From an uncultured bacterium (lineage in GTDB: Bacteria; Verrucomicrobiota; Kiritimatiellia; RFP12; UBA1067): DNA of 64,000 nt. The notes below the pieces were generated by a model. That model worked only from the letters and a program-made list of their open reading frames with translations. It made no database searches and was not told where the DNA came from. The DNA is taken from assembly GCA_902775595.1 (NCBI GenBank), contig CACYNF010000002.1, positions 3,390 through 67,389 of the forward strand, read 5' to 3'. Below, piece by piece: positions 47,276 to 57,279 of this stretch. The number at the start of each line of letters is the position of its first letter. The stretch's first letter is position 1. Position numbers and translations under genes: made by a program.

Positions 47276-47928
47276 TACTCGACCTCCTTATCGGGCAGTT
47301 CTTCCAGCGCGAACACTTTGTAGAACCAGGCGTTCCCATAGGAGGCCGGAAGGTACAGCGTGATGGAGACGCTTTGCGGTGCTGTGCTGGAAGCAGACGC
47401 GACGGCGTTTGTCGCCACGGCGAGGTGCAGGCCTATACAGGCATCAAAGGATTCAATTGAAGCAAGTCCCTCGACCGTCGGAGCCGTGGCAACGTGGATA
47501 GAGTTGTTGTAATCGGCAAGAAGCGTGTCCGCGTTTCCCTCCGAGAGTACGGTGTCTAAGGACAGCGCAACGCCGCCGTCAGCGTCTACCTCTATCCCCG
47601 CCAGTTCTACCGAGGCGAAACTCGTGGCCGGTTCGCCGTTCCCATACGTCAGGATGAGACGAAGTGTCGCCTCCTTCTGGATGTTGTAGTCCGCAAGTGT
47701 ATGTCCGTATTCAAGAACCTTTCCCGCGAAGATCAGCCTTTGCACGCTGGGCGGATATCCTTCCTTGTCCTGGATCTTCGCCTTGACGTTATCGATGGAG
47801 TCGCCTGGCTCGACCTCCAATGTGATGGTCTTGCCTGTCTGGGTCTTGACGAATATCTGCATGGCGAAAGCCTCCGCCCCCACAAAGGCGGCGGCAATCA
47901 TCACCAGAACTCTCGCAAGACGCATCAT
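47275..47928 (-). CDS. secreted eukaryotic-like ubiquitin homologue with about 120-aa C-terminal extension (217 aa)
   Basis: Signal peptide [22 protein letters not shown]; next 76 aa [76 protein letters not shown] align gap-free to ubiquitin (about 58/76 identical, all seven Lys conserved). Confidence 0.8.
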   Translation of the reverse strand: MMRLARVLVMIAAAFVGAEAFAMQIFVKTQTGKTITLEVEPGDSIDNVKAKIQDKEGYPPSVQRLIFAGKVLEYGHTLADYNIQKEATLRLILTYGNGEPATSFASVELAGIEVDADGGVALSLDTVLSEGNADTLLADYNNSIHVATAPTVEGLASIESFDACIGLHLAVATNAVASASSTAPQSVSITLYLPASYGNAWFYKVFALEELPDKEVE

Positions 47929-47934
47929 CCTTTA

Positions 47935-48072
47935 CAGCACCTCCACCATCCGCACCAGTTCGGCGCGGATGCGCTCCTCCTCGGCCTTGTCGCCGTGAGC
48001 GACGGCATACGCCAGCAAGCCCTCCAGCTTCTGGATTTCCTCCATATACCGCGCTCTCTGCTCCATGTTCAT
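47935..48072 (-). CDS. small ORF (about 46 aa), not in supplied track
   Basis: [46 protein letters not shown] read by eye. Confidence 0.25.
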
Positions 48073-48073
48073 A

Positions 48074-48409
48074 TTACGCCGCCAGCTCCGCCACGCGCTT
48101 CGATGCGTCGACCTTGACGAGGAACGTCACGTGGTATGGTGCGCGGGTGTTGGGTATCTTCTCGTCGAACCGTTCGACCGTCGCCGAGATTCCGAACTCC
48201 GTCTTGGCGAACGCGACTGCGCTATCGAGCGCAGCCTGTGCGTCCTCGCCTGTGACAGGCTCCTCGCCGAACTTCTCGATGTGCAGCGTCGTTCTCTCCG
48301 GCGGCATCATCGCCACTGCCACATACCACCCGTCCTTCTCGCAGGCGGCTTCCATCCTCTTTTCGATCTCGCGCTCAATCCGCGCCATGTTGTTAATATT
48401 ATCGGACAT
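48074..48409 (-). CDS. hypothetical protein (111 aa)
   Basis: Clean protein-like ORF; last high-GC gene before island. Confidence 0.45.
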   Translation of the reverse strand: MSDNINNMARIEREIEKRMEAACEKDGWYVAVAMMPPERTTLHIEKFGEEPVTGEDAQAALDSAVAFAKTEFGISATVERFDEKIPNTRAPYHVTFLVKVDASKRVAELAA

Positions 48410-48480
48410 GATTTCTCCTTTCAGGGCTTACCCAGCCTTCAAAACTCGTTTTAATTCCTTCCATAAACCACTACCAGCCT

Positions 48481-50625
48481 TTACAGCTCACCAATAAAGC
48501 CATTCTCTTGGCAACGACGCAAGATCTGCTGAAGTTGCTTACAAGCAAAGTCCTGCGGAATATGGTTACGAATGACAGATGTAAGAGCCATCTGCTCCCT
48601 CGGAAGCACGCCTATCTTTTTGTTTGAATATGCGAAGTTCTGAACCTCCATCCAGAAGGCAGGCCCCTTGCTTATAACTTTCTTTTGAAGTTCGACACCC
48701 GACAGCATCTTGCCGACAAGCTTCGCCTTTTTCTCTTCTCGTTGCTGTTGATCCTTGCTGATCATCAGGTCATTCAGAGCAGAAAGACCCGACAGGTCAA
48801 CATCAACGTGCGCCGGCATGGACTCCCAGAATGCCTTCTGCTTGCAACGCTGCGTGTAGTTCGTCACGCCAGACCTCTCATTGACGATTTCCTCGTAGAC
48901 CTGCTTACTGATCTTCTTGAAAACCTTCTGCAAAATCGGCGGCAGTTCCTGCATGCGCCAAATCTGATCAAGATTCAGAACCCTATCGGGGAATTGCTCA
49001 GCCAGCAAGCGATGAAGCATGGCAATCGAATAAGTCACGGTATTGGCGCGGAACGAACCCGTATACCAGTCTTGATTGCTTACAAGATCTTCAACTGCCT
49101 TAAACATTATGGCAAGCGCCACCGTGTCCTTGAAATACTGTATGTTGTAACGGGCTCTTTCATTTGGGCCTTTCTCCCAAATTTGAGAAACCTCCTGCGC
49201 AAACGACTGAAAGTTCGACTGTGCGCCCTTGCTCACCGAGTAGGGCCGTTCATCCCAGCTATAGCGATACTTGGCAAGATCAGTCTTGGTAATCTTTTGC
49301 TTTGGCGGGAACTCCCTCTTGAACGCCTCTTTCTGGGCACGCGAGAGCTTCATCTGCTTCTGCGTATACTGACCTCTAGCTCGCTCATAGAACCAATAGG
49401 TCCGCAACTGCGTAGAGGACACCGACGGCGCTGGTGTCATTTCGGAAATCTTCTCGATCTGAACATGGAACGGATGCGTGGAGAAGAAGTCGGCATCTGA
49501 CACTTTGTTCTGCTGGTTGGATGCGCGTGAAATCGTCCGAAGCAAATCCTGCTTGTCGTCGTCTATCATACCATCATGAGTGACGGTCAACTTCATTAAG
49601 ACGTTAATCTTCGACAAGTCGGCGCGATCGCAGAAGCGCGCGTTTGAAATGCTCGCCGTTGTTTGGCCTCCGTTTATGATCTGAAACTCTTCTGCATAGG
49701 CCAAGTTGCCTTCATCGTCAAAACGCACATTGGATGCCGTCACGGAGATGCCGTTGTTAAATGCAAAGAATTGCTCTGGAGTTCGCAGGATCGTCTCGCG
49801 GATGCGTTTGTTTACAGCGCCCTTTGTCGAAAGGAAGGAGCGGACGTTTCCTTCAAGCAATCGAGCCCCAAACTCATCATAAATATCTGCCAGCACAACA
49901 CCAGGGACTATGCCCATATAACTGGAATAGCGGAAGCGATTTGGAACGCACGACTCCCCGGCGGGAACACAATGGACAACACGGGGCTTGTATTGCGAAA
50001 AATCAATCTGCAATGTTCCTCGACCCTCGACAGCGGATGAAAGGTCGTAGATGGCTCGGATGTCGTAAACCAGCAATTCAACCGGCTTTGTCTCAATGTC
50101 CGGGAATTTCGTACGCTTTGCGTTGTCAGTAACAATACCATCAGTCAACAAGTAGACACGGAACTTGCGAATAGAGGACTCCGTTGCCCCCATGTGGGCG
50201 TTGATGATTTCAATGCAATCTAGATAATCCGTCGCTTCAGACGAGAATTCCTTGAGAGTGTTTCGGTCTCTGATAAAATTGAGGGCGGCCTCAACGTCTG
50301 GCCGAATGTCAGGAAGACCCATCTTGACGGGCTCTTCATCGCCATCAAACTTCGTCACAAAAAGATTGAGGAATCCATCGACGGCAGAAAAGGAATACCC
50401 ATTGATATGATAGCGCTTCCGATCTTTCGCCACCACGTGGTCAAAGAAGGCGGGGGTGTAATCATCGACCAGCTCGGCCTGTTCGAGCTCTTCCGTCACG
50501 CGATCAGCGAACGCCTCCTCACTCGTCTTTCCGTTGACAGCCAGCTCATTCTGGATGTCAATCAGGAGCGCCTCGCGATATTCAAGCGCATCCTGTTCCT
50601 GTTGTTTCTTTTCTGCAGCGGTCAT
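48481..50625 (-). CDS. AIPR-family abortive-infection protein (714 aa)
   Basis: Size; IINGGQTTASISNA-type motif; last gene of island operon; start in AAGGAGG context 2 nt after upstream stop. Confidence 0.5.
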   Translation of the reverse strand: MTAAEKKQQEQDALEYREALLIDIQNELAVNGKTSEEAFADRVTEELEQAELVDDYTPAFFDHVVAKDRKRYHINGYSFSAVDGFLNLFVTKFDGDEEPVKMGLPDIRPDVEAALNFIRDRNTLKEFSSEATDYLDCIEIINAHMGATESSIRKFRVYLLTDGIVTDNAKRTKFPDIETKPVELLVYDIRAIYDLSSAVEGRGTLQIDFSQYKPRVVHCVPAGESCVPNRFRYSSYMGIVPGVVLADIYDEFGARLLEGNVRSFLSTKGAVNKRIRETILRTPEQFFAFNNGISVTASNVRFDDEGNLAYAEEFQIINGGQTTASISNARFCDRADLSKINVLMKLTVTHDGMIDDDKQDLLRTISRASNQQNKVSDADFFSTHPFHVQIEKISEMTPAPSVSSTQLRTYWFYERARGQYTQKQMKLSRAQKEAFKREFPPKQKITKTDLAKYRYSWDERPYSVSKGAQSNFQSFAQEVSQIWEKGPNERARYNIQYFKDTVALAIMFKAVEDLVSNQDWYTGSFRANTVTYSIAMLHRLLAEQFPDRVLNLDQIWRMQELPPILQKVFKKISKQVYEEIVNERSGVTNYTQRCKQKAFWESMPAHVDVDLSGLSALNDLMISKDQQQREEKKAKLVGKMLSGVELQKKVISKGPAFWMEVQNFAYSNKKIGVLPREQMALTSVIRNHIPQDFACKQLQQILRRCQENGFIGEL

Positions 50626-50627
50626 GC

Positions 50628-51560
50628 TCAAGCCTCCTTGAATTCCTCTATGGCCGGAAGACTCAGCGAATACTGACAGGCCGTCACGGCGGACACAAGC
50701 GCTGACCTCCGAACACACGGGAACTCTGGTGTCACCTTGTAGATGTCCCGGCAACGCACCTGGAATCTCCGATTTTCATATTCTGGTTCGCCATCCACAT
50801 AGCGAGCAAGATACAGTTTGCTGTCAAGCATTGTCCTGGCCGCAACGCTTGTTGCCGCCCCACGAGCCTTTTCGACAATGTCTTTAAGTGAAAAAGCCTC
50901 TTCCTTGTTCTCTGACGCCCGGTCGATGTGATAAACAATCAAAGAGCCTGCAACTTCGGAATCAAGCTGTTCGATTGAGGATATGGTAATTGCCGTCGCA
51001 CTAACCTTGCAACTCTTGACCTCGGCCCAGTTTTCATAGAACTCAAAGTCTTTGTCCATCTTGAACGGACCCACCCAGGCATCAAGCGCATCTTCAAATC
51101 CTTTGGACTCTGCAAAATACAAAAGCGCAAGAAGTTCTGCCGCAAGACCTTGCTGCTCCTGCGTTGACATAATTCCAGGACGCGTTCCCTTGAGCAGATC
51201 CTGCCAAGCCGCGAATCGTGTCAGCAAGCTCAACAACGCCGAATCGCGAGAGTCTTTCCGTGTAGCCTCGAACAAGTCATAGCAAAGCGTATTGAATACG
51301 TCACGATGTTGCGGCGTGAGAAGCGAAAACGAAAGGCATGCCTTGTCTTTCTTTGTAAAGGAAAGGACAAGTATCTGCGCCGTAGATGGTATCTCCGCCG
51401 AGCTAAATGTTTTCCCGATGTCCTCAATCAAAAGCGTTGGACGCCCGGTATTGTCCAGCCCGAAATACACCGACAACGGGAGATCCGGGTCAACGATGAA
51501 ATAGCGCAGAGGAGCCTTCTCTACAGCCTTAATTCGATTGATAAATGAATTGAAGTCCAT
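50628..51560 (-). CDS. hypothetical protein, DUF4420-like position (310 aa)
   Basis: Between Z1226-like and AIPR genes; start 1 nt after upstream stop. Confidence 0.35.
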   Translation of the reverse strand: MDFNSFINRIKAVEKAPLRYFIVDPDLPLSVYFGLDNTGRPTLLIEDIGKTFSSAEIPSTAQILVLSFTKKDKACLSFSLLTPQHRDVFNTLCYDLFEATRKDSRDSALLSLLTRFAAWQDLLKGTRPGIMSTQEQQGLAAELLALLYFAESKGFEDALDAWVGPFKMDKDFEFYENWAEVKSCKVSATAITISSIEQLDSEVAGSLIVYHIDRASENKEEAFSLKDIVEKARGAATSVAARTMLDSKLYLARYVDGEPEYENRRFQVRCRDIYKVTPEFPCVRRSALVSAVTACQYSLSLPAIEEFKEA

Positions 51561-51561
51561 T

Positions 51562-54246
51562 TCAGTCCTCCTCCTCTGCATTTAAGTAATCCATCAACGA
51601 GCTCTCTTCATAGGCTCGTTTGGTAAAGAAATATTCCTGTTCAACCTGATCGTCTTTCGATCCGGGGAAACCAAAACTCAACGCGAAGAATGACTTCGTC
51701 TTGGGCATTTCAGACCCCTTACATGGTTCGCTCATCTCAACATACTGTACCACCAGCAACGGCCTACGCCCTGACGCCTTTGCCTTAACGAGGAATCTCT
51801 CGTCCGGCGGCTCGCGGTTTTCATACCCCCTGACCGACTGATAAGACTTAACCACCTGCCTTGCGTCTGCCGGAGTCAGAATGTACCGCATCGCACCTCC
51901 CGAGGTGACTTTCAGTTTAGTTCCGCTGATCATGACTTCCCGTGTGGAACTGACGACTGCAAGCATTCGTCTAGCTTTGCGGATATGCAGCGGCAACGGC
52001 GCATCTTCCGGTCCAGCATAAGCCGCTTCCCCAGCTTTGGCAACCGGGATTGCCACGTCCCAATTCGAACCAAGGTTAGAGATGTAATCGGCGATTTGGG
52101 GGACCATAAAGCCGAAACTCATCATCCCCGCCTTGAACTTGGCCAACATCTTCGTGATCTCTTCCGGCGGGACATTCCGCAAGAACCGCATGTTGTCCCA
52201 CACGATGTCTTTTTCAAGCAACCCTATGTTGTTTCTGATAAAAGAACAAACAGACTTGTCGTTTTCACTGGTCACGTCTGGATCGTTCTTGATGCGCGGC
52301 GTTTCAACAGCATGACCTGCCAAGACAATCGGGAAGCTGATACGGGTTGCCGTCCGCATTTTATTACGCGCAGTTGGCAACATTGCACCAGGCGACTTCC
52401 TGATCTTAAACGCAAAATCCTTCGGCGACCCGTCTTGCTCGACAATCTGGTGGAACATTTCAGACAAATCTTCGGAAATGTCGCTTGCATATCCGAAGTT
52501 GTCAACGGCGTTTTGAGGCATCCACACACGAACAAGACTTTGGTATATCCCGCGATATCCGCACCAGCGTCCCATCTGAAGTAGCGTGTCGCTCATCATG
52601 GTATTGCGACGGAAGTAGCTCACTACAAGGCCTTCCAGCGTCAAGCCTCGGGAAAGAGCATTTCCGCCAATTACAATGTAGCGTTTGTCTGTATCCGAAT
52701 AATCTAGTGCCTTAACTGTCTTGCCGCTATTAACGACAACGGTTTCAATGGTTTTGATCGAATCGAGCAATATGGTCTTGAGGAACTTGTTCCAGGTCAT
52801 TCCTTCACATGCGCGACTAAGACCATACTCATCCCAAATATCATGAAGCTGCTTCAGTTCGGGAATCCGCTCCGCCTTCTTTGGATCGCCGCAGTAATTC
52901 GACACTCGGGACACAATCCGTTTCACATAATCCTCTATGTGACTGAGCAAGCGATTCTGTATGGCTACAAAACGGCTAACGTGAATCATCATCGAGCGGT
53001 GTCCGATGTGATCGCCGGACTGTCCGATGACATCCATTACACCATTTACGAGCATGAAGTAGCCGATAGCAGTCTGCAACGACTTGGGCAAGTCCTCGCT
53101 TGGGTACTCATCTTTTTTATGCGTTGTCGGGAGCCACAGCTCAATGTCATCGATAATTTTAAGGTACGGTGCGCCAGGATCAAATAGTTTTGACGCCCCG
53201 AAGTAGTTTGATGGCGTGGTCAGCCGGTACACGAAGCTACGCGGGAACAGGTCATCCGCGACCACCTTGTCCTCGGAGTCAGGATCGATGAACACATTTG
53301 CAAATGGAGTCGCTGTTATCCCAACATATGAAGACCGCGTGAAGGACTTCAGAATCTTACGAATCAGCTCATTCGTGCGCGTGGGATTCGCCTCTTCAGA
53401 GAGCTTCTTCGTGTTGATGGAGGCATTGTCCGCCTCGTCGTCGATGAACAACAGGGGCCAAGGGAGCGTGACGTCACCCTGAGCCGACACGGTTTTAACA
53501 CCTTTCTGAAGCCACTTGTAAAGGTGCTGCAGGACGGATACGTTCTTCTTGACGACGCAAAGCACGGGAACATCGTCACGAAAGACGTGAACAGGGTTTT
53601 CCCCTTGCTGCTTTCTGAAGTCGTACGTTGCGCCCGTAAGTTTGACGACCTGCTTAAGGGGCAAGAGGTTTATGAATTCTTTTTCAAGACGACCTTGGGT
53701 TTGACGGCGGAGTTTTTCGATAATGCCTGCAGTAATGATAATCACCCGATAACCTGCATCTGCGGCCTTGTTGCACAGCGCGATGAAGTTGGCCGTCTTG
53801 CCAGACTGGATATCACCCATTACCAACCCGCGAATATTGAACTTGGGGCTCTTGGGATTCCCCAAGTGGTTCATAATGGCATCGGAACTCTTATCAAGTT
53901 CACGGATGACGTTCGGGCTCCATTGCTTTTGGCGAAGCTTTGCTAAGTAAGCAGTGAACCACTCATCATGATCCCCTTTAATTTTTGTAAACCAGTCCTT
54001 TGCTTGCGCATCATACTCCGCGCCATCCACAATGCACTCGTCCTCTGGCTTGTACACACCGACTAGTGCGATAAGCTTGCGAACAATCAAAGCAATCTCG
54101 TCGGCAGAAAGGCCCCCGAATCGAGAAGCCTCCTTTGCCACCGTCTCCTCGATCTGTTCCTCCGTTAGGTTCCCGGTCGCCTCGTCGTTGCTATAGACGA
54201 CGCACAACCATTCAAGAATCATTCGCCCCTGTTTAGACAGTACCAT
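51562..54246 (-). CDS. Z1226-like P-loop ATPase/helicase-like protein (894 aa)
   Basis: GLVMGDIQSGKTANFIALCN Walker A; LLFIDDEADNAS; start ATG with GAGGAGGAG RBS inside last codons of upstream gene. Confidence 0.55.
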   Translation of the reverse strand: MVLSKQGRMILEWLCVVYSNDEATGNLTEEQIEETVAKEASRFGGLSADEIALIVRKLIALVGVYKPEDECIVDGAEYDAQAKDWFTKIKGDHDEWFTAYLAKLRQKQWSPNVIRELDKSSDAIMNHLGNPKSPKFNIRGLVMGDIQSGKTANFIALCNKAADAGYRVIIITAGIIEKLRRQTQGRLEKEFINLLPLKQVVKLTGATYDFRKQQGENPVHVFRDDVPVLCVVKKNVSVLQHLYKWLQKGVKTVSAQGDVTLPWPLLFIDDEADNASINTKKLSEEANPTRTNELIRKILKSFTRSSYVGITATPFANVFIDPDSEDKVVADDLFPRSFVYRLTTPSNYFGASKLFDPGAPYLKIIDDIELWLPTTHKKDEYPSEDLPKSLQTAIGYFMLVNGVMDVIGQSGDHIGHRSMMIHVSRFVAIQNRLLSHIEDYVKRIVSRVSNYCGDPKKAERIPELKQLHDIWDEYGLSRACEGMTWNKFLKTILLDSIKTIETVVVNSGKTVKALDYSDTDKRYIVIGGNALSRGLTLEGLVVSYFRRNTMMSDTLLQMGRWCGYRGIYQSLVRVWMPQNAVDNFGYASDISEDLSEMFHQIVEQDGSPKDFAFKIRKSPGAMLPTARNKMRTATRISFPIVLAGHAVETPRIKNDPDVTSENDKSVCSFIRNNIGLLEKDIVWDNMRFLRNVPPEEITKMLAKFKAGMMSFGFMVPQIADYISNLGSNWDVAIPVAKAGEAAYAGPEDAPLPLHIRKARRMLAVVSSTREVMISGTKLKVTSGGAMRYILTPADARQVVKSYQSVRGYENREPPDERFLVKAKASGRRPLLVVQYVEMSEPCKGSEMPKTKSFFALSFGFPGSKDDQVEQEYFFTKRAYEESSLMDYLNAEEED

Positions 54247-55711
54247 TGAGAATCTCCTCCTCTTTTTCACGAAGTTTTGCCGCACGCAACACGAAAGGTT
54301 CGCTTTGAAGCATAGAGTGAAATGCTGTCTTTCGGGCATTGCCCGCCGGTATCATATTGACTAGGCCGGAAAGCATATCGACCATCTCGTCCATCGAGAG
54401 TGGCGCCTCATTTTCCATCTTCTGCTCACTACTTCTGCTGTAATAGATTACATCGACGGGAATCGTGCGCTCGAACAGGCGCAGCAGTTTCTCGGACACT
54501 CCCTGCGATTCCAGCGCTGCCTTGATAACGGGATGATTCCGATTCAGGCTCACCGCAGTCACGACACCGTCTTTCACGGTGGACTCCCAAACCTGTTGGT
54601 CTTCCGAACCAGCTTTCGCCTTTCTCCCGAACACTTCAACGCGGATGGCATTCCTGCTCTGCTTCACCACCGAGTCAACGTATGCGCGCAAATGAGTAAC
54701 TATCTCCTTTGGCGGAATCGCAATGGACTTCTTGACATCGAGCGACCACTTCATGTCGACGGAATTGGGGATGTCGACCTTAACGCGTGCAAGCTTAAAG
54801 AACTCCCCCTGTGCCTTGAGACCGAACCAATGCCCGTATGTGATCAAGCGCTTGTTGCGATAGATGTAAAATCCCTGCGTTCTACGAAGCCCTTTACCAG
54901 TGCCAAGTACATCGCGCATCTCCGGCGTCAGTTCCTTGTCATGGGGGAGAGTGAAGGCCTGCAGGGTGATTCTGCTCTTCCCGAAGCCAAGAGGCTGGGT
55001 TGCTTTGCATTGGTGGCCCTGCTTGCCATTCGCCACATACTGAAGAAACGGGTCCTTCGGCTTGAGAGCGTTTCCGTTAATACGGATCCTTATCTTATGG
55101 ATGCCGTCCTCTCCGTATATGTATCGATGGAAAACGAGCGCAAGATGCTCGCTCATCTTGCACATCTCGTCATCAAATGTCATTTCATCGTATGACCCGC
55201 CAAAGTCGATTGACTGCCATAGGACTACGGTTCCACTTTTCCTGTTCTTTAGTACCTCAACACCCGGCAAATTCTTCCATTCATCCTTTTCGAGTATAAG
55301 AAGCGGCCATACCACGTCTTTATGCTTCGCAATGTAATCAAGGTCCCACCTGCGCGCAGCAATTTCCCCATTCTTCTTTGAGATGACAGTCATGACACGA
55401 CATTGTGACATGGACGCAGTCTTCAATCCAAGTCCGTACCGACCGAGATCCTTTTCCGACCGTGCCTGCGCCGGATCGGCAGAGCCATATTGCATAGCGC
55501 TTGTCAATTCGTCAGCCGTCATGCCTTCACCATCGTCAATAATTGCTATGTAGGAATTGAGGGAATCCTCGAAGTCAACATCCACGATCTTCGCTTCAGC
55601 TGCAATCGAGTTGTCAACGAGGTCTGCCACTGCCGCTTCGAGCGAATAGCCAATGTGTCGAGTTGCCGATATGAGCGAATGGGCTTGCGGCGGTTGCTGA
55701 AGGACTTTCAT
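54233..55711 (-). CDS. GHKL-superfamily ATPase (HATPase_c_3/MutL-MORC-like), 492 aa
   Basis: AVADLVDNSIAAEA, IIDDGEGM, GRYGLGLKTAS Bergerat-fold motifs; ATGA overlap with upstream gene. Confidence 0.7.
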   Translation of the reverse strand: MKVLQQPPQAHSLISATRHIGYSLEAAVADLVDNSIAAEAKIVDVDFEDSLNSYIAIIDDGEGMTADELTSAMQYGSADPAQARSEKDLGRYGLGLKTASMSQCRVMTVISKKNGEIAARRWDLDYIAKHKDVVWPLLILEKDEWKNLPGVEVLKNRKSGTVVLWQSIDFGGSYDEMTFDDEMCKMSEHLALVFHRYIYGEDGIHKIRIRINGNALKPKDPFLQYVANGKQGHQCKATQPLGFGKSRITLQAFTLPHDKELTPEMRDVLGTGKGLRRTQGFYIYRNKRLITYGHWFGLKAQGEFFKLARVKVDIPNSVDMKWSLDVKKSIAIPPKEIVTHLRAYVDSVVKQSRNAIRVEVFGRKAKAGSEDQQVWESTVKDGVVTAVSLNRNHPVIKAALESQGVSEKLLRLFERTIPVDVIYYSRSSEQKMENEAPLSMDEMVDMLSGLVNMIPAGNARKTAFHSMLQSEPFVLRAAKLREKEEEILNGTV

Positions 55712-57267
55712 TTGAACAGCTCCTCGAAGTCTGTGACATTTATCCTGCGATCAACCGAGAACAGCTTGCGAAGATCTCCGTGGGTAAAATGTTTTGCAGG
55801 CTGCATCTTGCAAAGCGTGATCAGAGAGTTCGCCGTAATAGCAGACCCGTGTACACCACTTTCTTCAACAATGTCTGATATCTGATCCGAGATCTTGGGT
55901 ACAAAACCACCAGCGATATAAGAGAAGAACGCCAGCTGGTATTCGGATTTGCTGTAATGTGCCAGATTCCCAAGATAGTTCACGCACATCCGATTCCTGT
56001 GATCGTTCGTGATGCCGTACTGTTGATAGGCCTTGTTGTCAATAATGGCCTGATAGCCACTCTCGTCTGAAAGTAGGAGCACGTCGGGGGACTTTCCGAT
56101 CTTCCCGACATGTTCGGTCTTGAATCCGAAGACCGTTTCAAACAACTTACAAGTCGCTTTCTCAAAGGCAAGGCAGTCCTCCTGTCCGTTTATTGCCATC
56201 TGAGAATATGCCGAGTAGAACGCATCAAGAGCTCCCGCAGGATAGATCTTGTAGAGCACATCCTCCACGAATGTCTTCTCATAGCCGGTGGACTGAGACA
56301 CGGAATCGACAATGGCAGGGGTGATGAACTGAATGGGCTCAATTGCGGCAACCTTCAACAATTCCTGCTGAACCTTGAGCACTCCGATCTGATAGGCTGT
56401 CACATTTGTAGAGCCAGCCAAATTCCTAGTATCCTTCTGATGCCAGGGATCAAGACCGAACTGCCGTTGAAATTTCTCGTGATTCTCTGGTCCCTTAATC
56501 AGACCCGCATCATCTGCAAGTGCCTGGTTAACCGCGTCTACACAGTCCTGAGGTATCATCATTGAGCCAGAAGTCCGATAGATGAACTGGGTATATGCAA
56601 GCCAGTTCGCCATCGTGTTGGCGACGTCCTTCAACTTTGCCACCACGCTGTTCGACTTGCGGTTGCTTGCATAACGAGTCTCAAAGTCAGCAGGCAAACA
56701 GGCGTCGCCTTTTTCGCGAAACTCAAGAATACGCGCAACGACATGCTCATAACATGCGGCAGACTCGTTCTCGGCCTCTACAATAACAATCTTTGCAATC
56801 TCCTCTTCCGTCAGCATCTCAATGCGTGAATCGAGAAGCAACTTGAGCAGAAACCGAAACGGTCGAATCTTAAATCTCGGAGAAACCTCGACGTTTCTAC
56901 TCATTGAGAATGGCGACGGGAACTGGTACTTGAGCACCTGGCGCGTCAAAACATCGGTGGGCGACTTCCCATTGAGCAGAGCTTCGCCTGCCATAGTCGG
57001 CTTCAAGACTCGCTCGGCCCCGTAATAGAACACAAGGCCAAGGCTCTGCAACCATGCCAAATAGGTACGCCCGCCGCCACCGCCCTGATCCCATCGGTCC
57101 CCCTTGCGCTTCAGTCCTTTCTGCTCAAGTTCGTCTTCGAAGCTGAGATGAGAACCGTGGATGCCTTTCCATTGCTTATCAAGAAAATCGCACGTCACCA
57201 GACCGAGTATCTCCGGCACCGGCGAAAGAGCGCGCTTGGGACGAGTAACCCACCAATGATTGATCAT
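55708..57267 (-). CDS. candidate PD-(D/E)XK restriction endonuclease (519 aa)
   Basis: C-terminal KSPDVLLL...GYQAIIDNKAY fits PD-x(n)-(D/E)xK; immediately downstream of Dcm; GGAGGAGG RBS. Confidence 0.35.
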   Translation of the reverse strand: MINHWWVTRPKRALSPVPEILGLVTCDFLDKQWKGIHGSHLSFEDELEQKGLKRKGDRWDQGGGGGRTYLAWLQSLGLVFYYGAERVLKPTMAGEALLNGKSPTDVLTRQVLKYQFPSPFSMSRNVEVSPRFKIRPFRFLLKLLLDSRIEMLTEEEIAKIVIVEAENESAACYEHVVARILEFREKGDACLPADFETRYASNRKSNSVVAKLKDVANTMANWLAYTQFIYRTSGSMMIPQDCVDAVNQALADDAGLIKGPENHEKFQRQFGLDPWHQKDTRNLAGSTNVTAYQIGVLKVQQELLKVAAIEPIQFITPAIVDSVSQSTGYEKTFVEDVLYKIYPAGALDAFYSAYSQMAINGQEDCLAFEKATCKLFETVFGFKTEHVGKIGKSPDVLLLSDESGYQAIIDNKAYQQYGITNDHRNRMCVNYLGNLAHYSKSEYQLAFFSYIAGGFVPKISDQISDIVEESGVHGSAITANSLITLCKMQPAKHFTHGDLRKLFSVDRRINVTDFEELFK

Positions 57268-57279
57268 GGCCCCTCCTCC

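Noticed and set aside
1-48400. Searched for integrase, repressor/Cro pair, holin/endolysin and tRNA genes in the phage region
   Set aside because: No tyrosine or serine recombinase motifs, lysozyme/amidase motifs or tRNA-like cloverleaf candidates recognised by eye. They may lie outside the window, so prophage boundaries and att sites are left unassigned.
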